A DNA stretch of 64,000 bases from IMG/VR virus record IMGVR_UViG_3300034190_002630; one strand, written 5' to 3'. Position 1 is the stretch's first letter, and every line of letters starts with the position of its first letter. Shown here piece by piece: positions 1 to 9,467 of the stretch. Made by a program: the position numbers and the translations under genes. The stretch is from a virus. The notes beneath the pieces were generated by a model that worked only from the letters and a program-made list of their open reading frames with translations, did no database searches and had not been told where the DNA came from.

Positions 1-1
1 T

Positions 2-2098
2 GTTTATGACATGTTTGTTTGTCATGAAGTTGGTCATGCATTATATACACCTATGGATTTATTAGAGAGAGGTGTTCATCAAGGTATTAATCATTCTGTT
101 ATCAATGTTTTAGAGGATGCTCGTATTGAGAAAATGTTTCAAAAGAAATACCCTGGTTCAGTAAAAAATTTCAAACAAGGTTACAAAGAATTAGTAGAAG
201 GTGACTTCTTCAAATTAAAAGATAAAGATTTATCTAAATTAAATATTATTGATAAGATTAATATCTTTTACAAAACTGGTCTTATTGGTAATGTAAATGA
301 AGAAGAACAAAAATTTATTGACGAAGTTGATACTTTAAAAAGTGTTGAAGACGTAATATCACTTGCCGCAAGATTATCTCAGTATCACAAAGAACAACAA
401 AAAGATCAAGATGGTGATGGTCGACAAGATCAGTCAGGCAATCAAGAACAAGAAGAAACTGGTAGTCAATCTCAATCAGATCAATCAGAGTCAAGTGAAG
501 GTCAAGAACAAGTTCAAAGTTCAGAGGGTTCAGAAGAGTCTGAAGAAAAAATTGATGAGGGTGCATCTGAGTCTGAAGAAAAAATTGATGAGGGTGCATC
601 TGAGTCTGATAGTGGTGAGGAAGAGTCAAAAGATGATTCAAACGATGTAGGATCACAAGGTGCAGGTCTAGGAAATGGTGGCGAGCTTAAATCATCTACT
701 GATAAAGCATATCAAGATGCCATGAACAAAAACAATGATACTGATGCAAAAGATAGAATCTATACTCAAACACCTAAAAAATTAAACTTAAATAAATTAA
801 TCTATTCTCACAAAGAGATTGCTGACGATTTGATAGAAACATATACAAATAAACATAATGAGGCATTTGATGCTTACATACATGAAGACTATAAAAAAGT
901 TTTTAATGATAACAAAAAAGTTGTTCAATATATGGTCAAAGAGTTTGAAATGAAAAAGTCTGCTGATCAATACAAAAGAGCATCTACTTCCAAGACTGGT
1001 TCTCTTGATATGACTAAATTACACAACTATAAATTTGACGAAGACTTATTTGCAAAAATGACTACTTTGCCTGGAGCGACTAATCATGGTATGATCATGT
1101 ATCTTGATTGGTCTGGTTCAATGGCAGATAACATGAGATTTACTTTGATACAGTTATTCAATCTAATTTGGTTTTGTCAGAGAGTAAAGATACCTTATCA
1201 AGTTCTTGCATTTACAGATCGTATTCATACAAGTTCACTCAATGAGATTCAAGATGAAGTTGTTGGTGATCATAACTTTCAATATTTACGTTTACTTGAA
1301 TTTTTTTCAAGTGATCAAACAAAACAACAGACTCAAACAATGATGACTAATTTATTAGGTTTCACTAAGGAATGGGCACGTGATACTAATATATATGACG
1401 CAAATCATATATATTCTACTTATGTTCCTAGAAAATACAATCTTGGTGGTACACCATTAAACACTGCTTTATTAACTACATACAGAGTCGTTAAAAGATT
1501 TCAAGAGAAACACAAAGTACAAAAATTAAATATGGTTATCCTAACTGATGGTGAGAGTCATCATCATGAAAGTGTATTTTCACAAAGATCAAGTTTTTGG
1601 AGAAATAGTGAACACAATAAACTTAGTAAACAATTAAATCATAATGATTTTGGTAAAGACTTATATATTCAGTGTTCAGATACTAAAGTTCAAACTCAAC
1701 TTAAAACCTATCAAACTGAGTCTTTCTTAAAATTTGTGAGACTTCAGTTGCCTAATATTTCAATAACAGGTTTCTATGTATCGGGCACTGGTAAACAAGG
1801 TAGAGTGCCTCTTAGAGATATTTGTAGAAAATTTGGATTAAGTGAGTATAGTGATAAAGAAAAGATTGTTGCGGTACAAAAAGAATTAAGAGAGAAGAAA
1901 GTTGCGATATCAAAAGTCGCTGGATTTGATGAGTATTACATATTACCAAGAGGTCCAAAAGAGACCGATGAAGAACAAGAATTGACATTCAAAAAGGGTG
2001 CAAGAGCGGCTGGAATGGCAAGAGAGTTCTTAAAATTTGCTCAGAAAAAGACTTTGAATAGACAATTATTGAATAAATTCATTGAAAAAGTTGCCTAA
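2..2098 (+). CDS. HExxH peptidase-like / VWA-domain (CobT-like) protein, 5'-truncated by window
   Basis: Frame open from base 2; HEVGH zinc motif, acidic linker, MIDAS-like DWSGS, GGTPL and LTDGE motifs; adjacent to CobS-type AAA ATPase as in marine T4-like phages. Confidence 0.8.
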   Translation, partial: VYDMFVCHEVGHALYTPMDLLERGVHQGINHSVINVLEDARIEKMFQKKYPGSVKNFKQGYKELVEGDFFKLKDKDLSKLNIIDKINIFYKTGLIGNVNEEEQKFIDEVDTLKSVEDVISLAARLSQYHKEQQKDQDGDGRQDQSGNQEQEETGSQSQSDQSESSEGQEQVQSSEGSEESEEKIDEGASESEEKIDEGASESDSGEEESKDDSNDVGSQGAGLGNGGELKSSTDKAYQDAMNKNNDTDAKDRIYTQTPKKLNLNKLIYSHKEIADDLIETYTNKHNEAFDAYIHEDYKKVFNDNKKVVQYMVKEFEMKKSADQYKRASTSKTGSLDMTKLHNYKFDEDLFAKMTTLPGATNHGMIMYLDWSGSMADNMRFTLIQLFNLIWFCQRVKIPYQVLAFTDRIHTSSLNEIQDEVVGDHNFQYLRLLEFFSSDQTKQQTQTMMTNLLGFTKEWARDTNIYDANHIYSTYVPRKYNLGGTPLNTALLTTYRVVKRFQEKHKVQKLNMVILTDGESHHHESVFSQRSSFWRNSEHNKLSKQLNHNDFGKDLYIQCSDTKVQTQLKTYQTESFLKFVRLQLPNISITGFYVSGTGKQGRVPLRDICRKFGLSEYSDKEKIVAVQKELREKKVAISKVAGFDEYYILPRGPKETDEEQELTFKKGARAAGMAREFLKFAQKKTLNRQLLNKFIEKVA
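536..609 (+). repeat. Perfect 33-bp in-frame tandem duplication (ESEEKIDEGAS x2)
   Basis: gagtctgaagaaaaaattgatgagggtgcatct at 536-568 and 569-601, partial third copy to 609. Confidence 0.95.
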
Positions 2099-2106
2099 AT
2101 TAGGCC

Positions 2107-2136
2107 TTGACAATATATCAGATTACCTGATATTAT
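2107..2136 (+). promoter_or_regulatory. Sigma70-type early promoter
   Basis: TTGACA (2107-2112), 18-bp spacer, extended -10 TGaTATTAT; followed by GAGAGGTA ribosome site. Confidence 0.8.
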
Positions 2137-2169
2137 ATAATTAGATGTTGAAAAAGAGAGGTATATATT

Positions 2170-3330
2170 ATGTTAACACCTAAAAAACAAGAGTTCGTTA
2201 ATGCGATGTCTAAAGAATATGGCGAAGGTGCCGTAGTCTCTAGATTTGAGATTAATGAGTTCGCATCTAAGAATGGATTTAACAATCCTTCTTGGTTAAA
2301 GAAACCACAATACAAATGTGGTCACGGTAAGTATCAGTTACCTACCGAAGAATCAGAGGTTACTCAAGTTGTAAGTAAACCTATTCAACCTGTTCAGACA
2401 CCTGAACAGACTTCAGTAAATTTAATTGCTAATGCATTCGAAGTTCAAAACTTAGTTCCTTCAAAGTTCGAAGGTTTTGTTCCTTGGGGTCATTACAATA
2501 CTATCAAACAGATTTCTAAATCTGGTATGTTCTACCCAGTATTTGTTACTGGTCTATCTGGTAACGGTAAAACTTTGATGATCGAACAGATTCACGCTGA
2601 GTTAAAGAAAGAACTTATCAGAGTTAACATCACTATCGAAACAGACGAAGACGATTTACTTGGTGGTTTCAGACTTGTTAACGGTGAGACAAAGTTTGTA
2701 CCTGGGCCTGTTATCGATGCAATGGAAAGAGGTTGTACTCTTTTACTTGATGAGTGCGACTTAGGTTCAAATAAACTTATGTGTTTACAACCTGTCTTAG
2801 AAGGCAAGGGTGTTTATCTTAAAAAAGTAAACAAGTGGGTGACACCTAAACAAGGATTCAATGTGATGGCGACTGCCAACACTAAAGGTAAAGGTTCTGA
2901 AGACGGTAGATTTATCGGAACTAATGTTCTTAACGAAGCATTTCTAGAAAGATTTGCAATCACTATCGAGCAACCTTATGCAGACAAGAAAGTTGAAAGT
3001 AAGATTGTCATCGGTTCTATGAATAAGTATGGCAAAGTCGATGAGAAGTTTGCAGAAAACTTAGTGACTTGGGCAGAGGTTATTAGAAAAACCTTTTACG
3101 AAGGTGGAGTTGATGAGATCATCTCTACCAGAAGACTTGATCACGTTGTCAAGGCATATTCAATCTTCAAAGACAAAGTGAAAGCGATTGACCTTTGTGT
3201 TGCAAGATTTGATGATGACACCAAAGAGTCATTCTTAAATCTTTATTCAAAGATTGATGCTGGGGTGGATGTATCTGCCCCTGCCGTAGAGAATGAAGTC
3301 GAACAAGACGAAGTGGTCGATGAAGAATAA
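2170..3330 (+). CDS. cobS: CobS/MoxR-type AAA+ ATPase
   Basis: Walker A GLSGNGKT, Walker B LLLDE, ATANTKGKG, NEAFLERF, ISTRRL. Confidence 0.9.
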   Translation: MLTPKKQEFVNAMSKEYGEGAVVSRFEINEFASKNGFNNPSWLKKPQYKCGHGKYQLPTEESEVTQVVSKPIQPVQTPEQTSVNLIANAFEVQNLVPSKFEGFVPWGHYNTIKQISKSGMFYPVFVTGLSGNGKTLMIEQIHAELKKELIRVNITIETDEDDLLGGFRLVNGETKFVPGPVIDAMERGCTLLLDECDLGSNKLMCLQPVLEGKGVYLKKVNKWVTPKQGFNVMATANTKGKGSEDGRFIGTNVLNEAFLERFAITIEQPYADKKVESKIVIGSMNKYGKVDEKFAENLVTWAEVIRKTFYEGGVDEIISTRRLDHVVKAYSIFKDKVKAIDLCVARFDDDTKESFLNLYSKIDAGVDVSAPAVENEVEQDEVVDEE

Positions 3331-3349
3331 AAAAAGTTTTGTATGGGGG

Positions 3350-3381
3350 TTGACTTTTGAAAGTTAATTCCCATATAAATA
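3350..3381 (+). promoter_or_regulatory. Composite promoter: RpoH-like TTG-N17-CCCATAT overlapping T4 late box TATAAATA
   Basis: TTGACT 3350-3355, CCCATAT 3370-3376, TATAAATA 3374-3381, directly upstream of hsp20. Confidence 0.6.
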
Positions 3382-3385
3382 TACG

Positions 3386-3435
3386 GAACATGCCGAAAGG
3401 GTGTTCAAATTAACTTGCTTAAAAAGGAGAAAACT
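3386..3435 (+). promoter_or_regulatory. ROSE-like RNA thermometer candidate in hsp20 5' UTR
   Basis: GAAA-tetraloop hairpin 3386-3406, then CUUGCUU (3414-3420) pairing with AAGGAG SD (3424-3429) with an unpaired G. Confidence 0.6.
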
Positions 3436-3858
3436 ATGAATGACATAACATTCTTTAATAGGCTTAGGCCTTTCACAATTGGTTTCGATGAAGTATTTGA
3501 CACTTTCGAAACTCTTTCAACATCAAACACTTTCAGTAATTCATATCCACCATACGATATTGTAAAAGTAGATGACTACAAATACAATGTGGAGTTGGCT
3601 GTTGCTGGATTTAGTAAAGACGACATTCAAGTCGATTATGCAGATAATACTCTCACAATCGAAAGCAAAAAAGAAACCAAAGAGGAAGAAGACAAATTTA
3701 TCCACAAAGGTATATCTAAGAGATACTTCAAGAGATCATTTACAATCGCAGATGATGTGGTAGTAAATGGTGCCGAACTTAAAGACGGACTCTTGACTAT
3801 TGAATTAGAAAAGATATTGCCTGAGGGTAAAAAACCTAAGACTATTGAGATTAAATAG
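3436..3858 (+). CDS. hsp20: Small heat shock protein Hsp20 (IbpA-like)
   Basis: YPPYDI, LAVAGF, HKGISKRYFKRSF, DGLLTIEL motifs; ATG at 3436 follows AAGGAG. Confidence 0.95.
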   Translation: MNDITFFNRLRPFTIGFDEVFDTFETLSTSNTFSNSYPPYDIVKVDDYKYNVELAVAGFSKDDIQVDYADNTLTIESKKETKEEEDKFIHKGISKRYFKRSFTIADDVVVNGAELKDGLLTIELEKILPEGKKPKTIEIK

Positions 3859-3870
3859 TTTTTTTAATAA

Positions 3871-3896
3871 AGGGGGTTGACAATAACCCCCTTTTT
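3871..3896 (+). terminator. Rho-independent terminator containing the -35 box of the next promoter
   Basis: agggggtt / aaccccct stem followed by T run; TTGACA at 3877-3882 and TATATT at 3901. Confidence 0.8.
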
Positions 3897-3925
3897 AGTT
3901 TATATTATCTACAAGGAGATTTATT

Positions 3926-4543
3926 ATGGCAAAAGTATTTGATTTACAACCTGGTGGTTTAAAGGACGGTGGTCAAGCAACTTTAAACGAAGAAGAATCT
4001 AACAAACTTACAAAAATTTCAGAAACAAATAAAGAACATGATGATACTAATGCAGGTTTAAAAATAGCACAAAGAAATAAGATTGCCGCTCACTTCATGC
4101 GTGTAGAAATACCTGAACCTATCGTTAATGAGATATGGGAAAATAGAGGTGTCATGTTTCAACCTGGCAATGAGGATATCAAAACAAATTTAGGAAATGT
4201 ATTACATACAATTGCTAAATCATTTATCAAACATAATTATCAACATGATGCAATACCAATTATTGATTTTAATTTATACGAAAATAATACACCACTGCAA
4301 GATATAACAATCACAGATGGTTCAGTATTTCAAATGAGAATGACTTTTGATGATAAGGGTGAAACAGTATTTCAGTGGGGTGACAAGTATGATGATCATC
4401 CATTAAGACCTGATACTTTTGAAAAAGTAAAAAGTGAAAGAGGCATACTACTTGTATATCCAAGTTATGTTAAAATAATTGAAGACAATGTAAAAGATTA
4501 CATGGAAGTAAACGGAAAGTATATCGCACAAGATAATGAGTGA
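3926..4543 (+). CDS. Hypothetical protein, C-terminus resembles a degenerate 2OG-Fe(II) oxygenase fold
   Basis: AAGGAG RBS; GILLVYPSY resembles G-x-L-x-x-FPS motif but the following His is absent. Confidence 0.45.
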   Translation: MAKVFDLQPGGLKDGGQATLNEEESNKLTKISETNKEHDDTNAGLKIAQRNKIAAHFMRVEIPEPIVNEIWENRGVMFQPGNEDIKTNLGNVLHTIAKSFIKHNYQHDAIPIIDFNLYENNTPLQDITITDGSVFQMRMTFDDKGETVFQWGDKYDDHPLRPDTFEKVKSERGILLVYPSYVKIIEDNVKDYMEVNGKYIAQDNE

Positions 4544-4850
4544 GTTTACGTATAAAGATATTGTAGATAAAAAAGTATATACTTACAATGAAGACAAGTA
4601 TTTAAAGGAATTGCAAGATTACATTTTAAATACTTACAAACAACACTATTCAAAAAATAAGTTTCAATCAACACAATTTATTTTAGACAGTGGGCATGGT
4701 GAGGGGTTTTGTATTGGTAATATTATGAAATACGCTCAGAGGTTTGGAAAGAAAAATGGTAAGAACAGAAATGACTTGCTTAAAATCTTGCATTATGGTA
4801 TGATTGCACTATACAATCTTGATATGGAGTTAAATAATGAAACTAAATAG
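4536..4850 (+). CDS. DUF3310-like conserved phage protein
   Basis: HYS...GFCIGNIMKYAQRFGKK...DLLKILHY pattern. Confidence 0.7.
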   Translation: MSEFTYKDIVDKKVYTYNEDKYLKELQDYILNTYKQHYSKNKFQSTQFILDSGHGEGFCIGNIMKYAQRFGKKNGKNRNDLLKILHYGMIALYNLDMELNNETK

Positions 4851-5514
4851 TGGAACTTTGAATGTACTAAAAAACTTCGCAACAATTAATCAGAACTTAA
4901 TGATTAAAGAAGGTAGTACAATAACAACAATGTCTGCGATGAAAAACATTGTGGCAAAAGTAAATGTTGAAGAGACATTTCCTAAACAAATAGCAATATA
5001 TGATTTGAATGAATTTTTATCATCTACAAGTTTGTTCAAACAACCTATTATAGATTTTGATGATCAACATCTAACAATTAAAGAAGAGAATAGTAAAGGT
5101 CAAAAGTTAAAATACTTTTACTCTGATCCTTCGGTAATTACAACACCAAGTAAAATGATTACGATGCCATCAGTTGATGTCACATTTGAACTAACAAGTG
5201 ATGATTTAAATCAACTAAAAAAGGCTGCATCTGTAATACAAGCACCTGATTTAGTTTTTGAAAAGAATGATGAAGGTAGTTTTCTTACTGTCAAAGATAA
5301 GAAAAATGATACTGCAAATAACTTTTCATTAGAAGTAAATCAATCTTCACAAGGTGCTAAGTTTCAGTTCTTTTTCAAAGTAGAAAACTTAAAACTATTA
5401 CCTGGTTCATATGATGTGTCTATCTCATCAAAAAATATAAGTCATTTCAAATCAAAAACAGATAACGTAGAATATTGGATTGCACTTGAACCTGAATCAA
5501 CTTATGAGGTTTAA
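4837..5514 (+). CDS. gp45: Sliding clamp (T4 gp45)
   Basis: LKNFATINQ, IYDLNEFL, YWIALE motifs; synteny with gp44. Confidence 0.95.
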   Translation: MKLNSGTLNVLKNFATINQNLMIKEGSTITTMSAMKNIVAKVNVEETFPKQIAIYDLNEFLSSTSLFKQPIIDFDDQHLTIKEENSKGQKLKYFYSDPSVITTPSKMITMPSVDVTFELTSDDLNQLKKAASVIQAPDLVFEKNDEGSFLTVKDKKNDTANNFSLEVNQSSQGAKFQFFFKVENLKLLPGSYDVSISSKNISHFKSKTDNVEYWIALEPESTYEV

Positions 5515-5517
5515 GTT

Positions 5518-6453
5518 ATGGATACGTTTCTGTGGGTTGAGAAGTATCGACCAAAAACTGTAAAAGATTGTATCTTACCTAAAAAACTAAAGGATACATT
5601 TCAAGAGTTTGTCAAAGACAAACATATTCCTAATTTAATTTTATCTGGTTCTGCTGGAACTGGCAAAACAACAATTGCAAAAGCAATGGTTGAACAGATT
5701 GGTTCTACTTGGATGATGATAAACGGATCAGAGGAATCTGGTATTGATGTTCTTAGAACTAAGATAAAAAACTTTGCATCAACTGTTTCATTAGAGGGTG
5801 GAAGAAAATATATCATATTAGATGAGGCAGATTATCTAAATCCACAATCAACACAACCTGCTCTTCGTGGTTTCATGGAAGAGTTTCACAAGAACTGTGG
5901 TTTTATTCTCACATGTAATTACAAAAATAGATTGATTGATCCTTTACAATCAAGATGTTCTAATATAGATTTTACAATTAGAAATGGTGAAAGAGTAAAA
6001 CTTGCAGATAAATTTTACAAAAGAGTTCTTGATATTCTGAAGGATGAAAAGATACAATTCAATCCACCTGCTGTTGCAGAATTAATCACTGCTCATTTTC
6101 CCGATTGGCGAAGAGTTTTAAATGAATTACAAAGATATTCTGCGTCTGGTCAAATAGATGCAGGTATATTAATTAATATTAGTAATGAAAACATAAAAGA
6201 ACTAATGAGTTTTGTTAAAAAGAAGGAGTTTACAAATGTTCGTAAGTGGATTGTTAATAATCTTGATAATGATGCCAATAGGATTTTTAGAACGATCTAT
6301 GATTCTCTCTATGATACTATCGACCACTCTACTATCCCACATGCGGTGGTAATACTTGGTGATTATCAGTACAAGTCTGCCTTTGTTGCAGATCAAGAAA
6401 TAAATCTTTTGGCATGTATGACTGAGTTGATGTCACAGGTAAAGTTCAAATGA
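5518..6453 (+). CDS. gp44: Clamp loader large subunit (T4 gp44)
   Basis: [31 protein letters not shown]. Confidence 0.97.
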   Translation: MDTFLWVEKYRPKTVKDCILPKKLKDTFQEFVKDKHIPNLILSGSAGTGKTTIAKAMVEQIGSTWMMINGSEESGIDVLRTKIKNFASTVSLEGGRKYIILDEADYLNPQSTQPALRGFMEEFHKNCGFILTCNYKNRLIDPLQSRCSNIDFTIRNGERVKLADKFYKRVLDILKDEKIQFNPPAVAELITAHFPDWRRVLNELQRYSASGQIDAGILINISNENIKELMSFVKKKEFTNVRKWIVNNLDNDANRIFRTIYDSLYDTIDHSTIPHAVVILGDYQYKSAFVADQEINLLACMTELMSQVKFK

Positions 6454-7073
6454 ACAAAGAATATGAATCAGTAGATAAGTTTGAAAAAACAATAGCAGAT
6501 TTTTTTGGTGCTCCATATGCAGTTGCCACGGATTGTTGCACGAATGCATTAGAACTTTCTATCAGAATTACAGACTATGCAAATATTAAAGTGCCTGTGC
6601 ATACTTACGTTTCAGTTCCTTACATGCTAATGAAAAATGGTTGGCAGTTTACATTCACTGATGAGAAGTGGAAAGGTTATCATTATCTAACTGATCAAGT
6701 TATAGACGCAGCTGTTTATTGGAAAAAAAACGGATACATACCTGGTACTTTAATGTGTCTTAGTTTTTTTAAACGTAAACATTTATCGACTGATAGAGGT
6801 GGAATAATTTTATTGGATGACAAAGATAAATATGAAGACTTAATCAGATTAGTTTATGATGGTAGAAATAGAAGTGATACACCATATAATAAACAAAAGT
6901 GTGGCATGGGTTATCATTATTACATGACATCTGATAAAGCAAATTTAGGATTACAAAATTTTGAGAAAGTGAAAGATAAAAAACCTATAGAGAAAAATTG
7001 GGATTGGTATACACCAGTTAATCAATACTCTACGGTATTTGGTAATGAAGACATTATTTTTAGTTCAGAGTAA
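6450..7073 (+). CDS. DegT/DnrJ/EryC1/StrS-family PLP aminotransferase (short form)
   Basis: FE..IA.FFGAPYAVA.D.CT.AL, VIDAA, SF...KHL...GG motifs; only 207 aa. Confidence 0.8.
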   Translation: MNKEYESVDKFEKTIADFFGAPYAVATDCCTNALELSIRITDYANIKVPVHTYVSVPYMLMKNGWQFTFTDEKWKGYHYLTDQVIDAAVYWKKNGYIPGTLMCLSFFKRKHLSTDRGGIILLDDKDKYEDLIRLVYDGRNRSDTPYNKQKCGMGYHYYMTSDKANLGLQNFEKVKDKKPIEKNWDWYTPVNQYSTVFGNEDIIFSSE

Positions 7074-8088
7074 TACTGGGTATGGTCATATCAATAGAGT
7101 AAAATCATTTTGTGATCATATCAATGAAAATTTAATTATTACAAAACCTGTTCTAGGTCACGACACTGAGTTTTTTGATAAGTGGCATAATGACTTGTTT
7201 GTAAAATATGTTGAGTATAACCCAGACGTGATTGTTACTGAGGGTTTTCCTTTTGGAAGATATGGTTGGCATTCACATTTCAATAAAAATTTAAGAAGAC
7301 ACAAAGGTATCATGGATATCTTAGATCATGCAAAAAACAAAAAGATATATTCTTTAGAGAGAGATATACCATGGATTAGACCAAGTGAAAATTGGTTTCA
7401 TAGTGACATACTAAATGAATATTATGACGGCATAATTTTTCATACTGATAATAATTTTATTGATCCAAAAGAATTTTTACATAATCAAATTATAGATGTT
7501 CCAATAATTAGTTCTTCATATGTCACTAAACCATTTCAATATAATACTCATAGAAATGGATATTTAGTTTCTGGTGGTGATTGGTATCCACATATAGAAA
7601 AATATTACAATGTGGCATTAGATGTAAGGAAAAGAATTGGTGGAGATTGGACATTTATCGTTGGTGATAAAACACCAAATAAATTATTAGATAGATTACA
7701 AAAAGAAAATGTAAATATTGTATCAAGACCAGACACAAATGGTTACAGAGTTTTACTTGCATCTCATGAATTATCGATAAGTCAATTTGGTGCGATGTCA
7801 TTTTTAGATATAAATATCACAAAAACACCTGCGATTATGATCCCAAATGACTTAACATCAAATGATGTATATGATAGTAATGGTGTAGTAATTGATAAAG
7901 AAGAAAATTATAGAGCAAAAAGATATGAACAACTCGGTGGTGGGAAAGTAATATCAATTGATGATGTCACAGTTGACTCTTTGACAGATTCAATTTATAA
8001 AGTTGTTCACTGTAAACCCACCACTTTTGATATGAATGGAGCGAAGTTTGTTAAAGAATTTTTCAACGGAACAAATACAGTCCATTAA
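7045..8088 (+). CDS. GT-B glycosyltransferase (GT28 C-terminal-like)
   Basis: N-terminal GYGHINR, EGFPFGR, LVSGG, ISQFG motifs. Confidence 0.7.
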   Translation: MKTLFLVQSNTGYGHINRVKSFCDHINENLIITKPVLGHDTEFFDKWHNDLFVKYVEYNPDVIVTEGFPFGRYGWHSHFNKNLRRHKGIMDILDHAKNKKIYSLERDIPWIRPSENWFHSDILNEYYDGIIFHTDNNFIDPKEFLHNQIIDVPIISSSYVTKPFQYNTHRNGYLVSGGDWYPHIEKYYNVALDVRKRIGGDWTFIVGDKTPNKLLDRLQKENVNIVSRPDTNGYRVLLASHELSISQFGAMSFLDINITKTPAIMIPNDLTSNDVYDSNGVVIDKEENYRAKRYEQLGGGKVISIDDVTVDSLTDSIYKVVHCKPTTFDMNGAKFVKEFFNGTNTVH

Positions 8089-9079
8089 AGAGTTTGGATC
8101 ACACATGGACGCAGCCATAAAAGGTGAATATCACTATCCACACACAATAGTTTTTGTACCTGGTATATCTTGCATGTACAAATGCACTTTTTGTGGTCGA
8201 AACTATGATGCAAAATTTGAAAAACAAGATAAACATTATGAAGTTTATAGAGATGTCATATATCAAAACAAAGGAAGAGGACAAATAAACATTGGTGGTG
8301 GTCTTGAACCCATGACAAGTCCATATTTGAATCAGATATGTAAAGACTTGCATGACGTTGGTATGAAATCAAGAATGATAACAAATGGATTTATGTTAAC
8401 ACAAAATTACATAAAAAAGAATCCTTATGTTGCAAATTTAGATACTTTGAGAATATCTTTATATGGAATTGATGAAGAGGAGTATAATTCAGTATCTAGA
8501 AATAAAAAAGGTTATCAGGTAGTTAAAAACAATTTAAAATTATTAGACAGAAAAGTAAAACTTAATTATGTTGTATTACCACAAAATGTTGAAAAGATAG
8601 CAAAAATTTTAGATTACATAGATGACATTGGTGGTATAGACGAATTAAGTTTAAGAGAAGATTTTTCATTTCAGTATGAAATAAATGATCGAAATAAGTT
8701 TCAAGATATTCTAAATGAATTTGATATATTAGCAAAACAACGTGGTGTCAAAGTTCATTATGGATATGCGATGTATGATTTACTAAGAGGAAGAAAAAGT
8801 AAATTAATTAAATGTGATTATTTACATTTAGATAAAAAACAATCACCACAAACTAAAATATATCTTGATCCAAACGGTGATTTGTATTATTATAGTGAGG
8901 CGGCATTTTTAGATCGAGAAGGTAGTGAACGTCACATTCTAGGTAATACATGGAGGTCATCAATTGATGATGCACTAAAAGGTATGAAAGAAATAGAACC
9001 ACGTAAAGATGATATAAAGTTCATGGATACTTTAACTCATCTCATAGAATATTATAAATGGAGTGTTCGTAATGTATGA
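8036..9079 (+). CDS. DesII-like radical SAM enzyme (dTDP-4-amino-4,6-dideoxyglucose ammonia-lyase family)
   Basis: PGISCMYKCTFCGR (CxxxCxxC), GGLEP, LRISLYG, LREDF, Y.EAAF pattern as recalled for DesII; start codon uncertain. Confidence 0.75.
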   Translation: MERSLLKNFSTEQIQSIKEFGSHMDAAIKGEYHYPHTIVFVPGISCMYKCTFCGRNYDAKFEKQDKHYEVYRDVIYQNKGRGQINIGGGLEPMTSPYLNQICKDLHDVGMKSRMITNGFMLTQNYIKKNPYVANLDTLRISLYGIDEEEYNSVSRNKKGYQVVKNNLKLLDRKVKLNYVVLPQNVEKIAKILDYIDDIGGIDELSLREDFSFQYEINDRNKFQDILNEFDILAKQRGVKVHYGYAMYDLLRGRKSKLIKCDYLHLDKKQSPQTKIYLDPNGDLYYYSEAAFLDREGSERHILGNTWRSSIDDALKGMKEIEPRKDDIKFMDTLTHLIEYYKWSVRNV

Positions 9080-9467
9080 ATTGAAAGAATATCTTAACTC
9101 TATAAATTATCAAAAAAATAATTTAATGGAAAGTGATGACGTTATGTGGGAAAAAAAGTACCCTGCATATGTTGTTAATAAGTGTTTAGCACCATTTGGT
9201 GATACGATTATGTTAATAAATGAAATGAATAGATTACATCATTTAGATAACAAACTACAATATGATTTCTTACTAAATAGTCTAAGAACTCGAAAGAGAT
9301 TTGCATCGTGGATGAAGTCAAGCAAATCTAAGGATATAGAGTGTGTAAAAGAGTATTATGGTTATAGTAATGAGAAATCCAAGTCTGCTCTAAGCATACT
9401 TAACGATGAACAAATAAAAATGATAAAGGAAAAATTGAATAAAGGCGGACAACATGGAAAACGTTAG
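9072..9467 (+). CDS. gp62: Clamp loader small subunit (T4 gp62)
   Basis: YLNSIN, NEMN, QYDFLLNS, VKEYYGYSNEK; precedes regA. Confidence 0.92.
   Translation: MYELKEYLNSINYQKNNLMESDDVMWEKKYPAYVVNKCLAPFGDTIMLINEMNRLHHLDNKLQYDFLLNSLRTRKRFASWMKSSKSKDIECVKEYYGYSNEKSKSALSILNDEQIKMIKEKLNKGGQHGKR

Noticed and set aside
11-3330. Cobalamin biosynthesis (cobS/cobT) as auxiliary metabolism
   Set aside because: No cobN or other cob genes; the AAA+ and VWA pair is better read as a MoxR-type chaperone system
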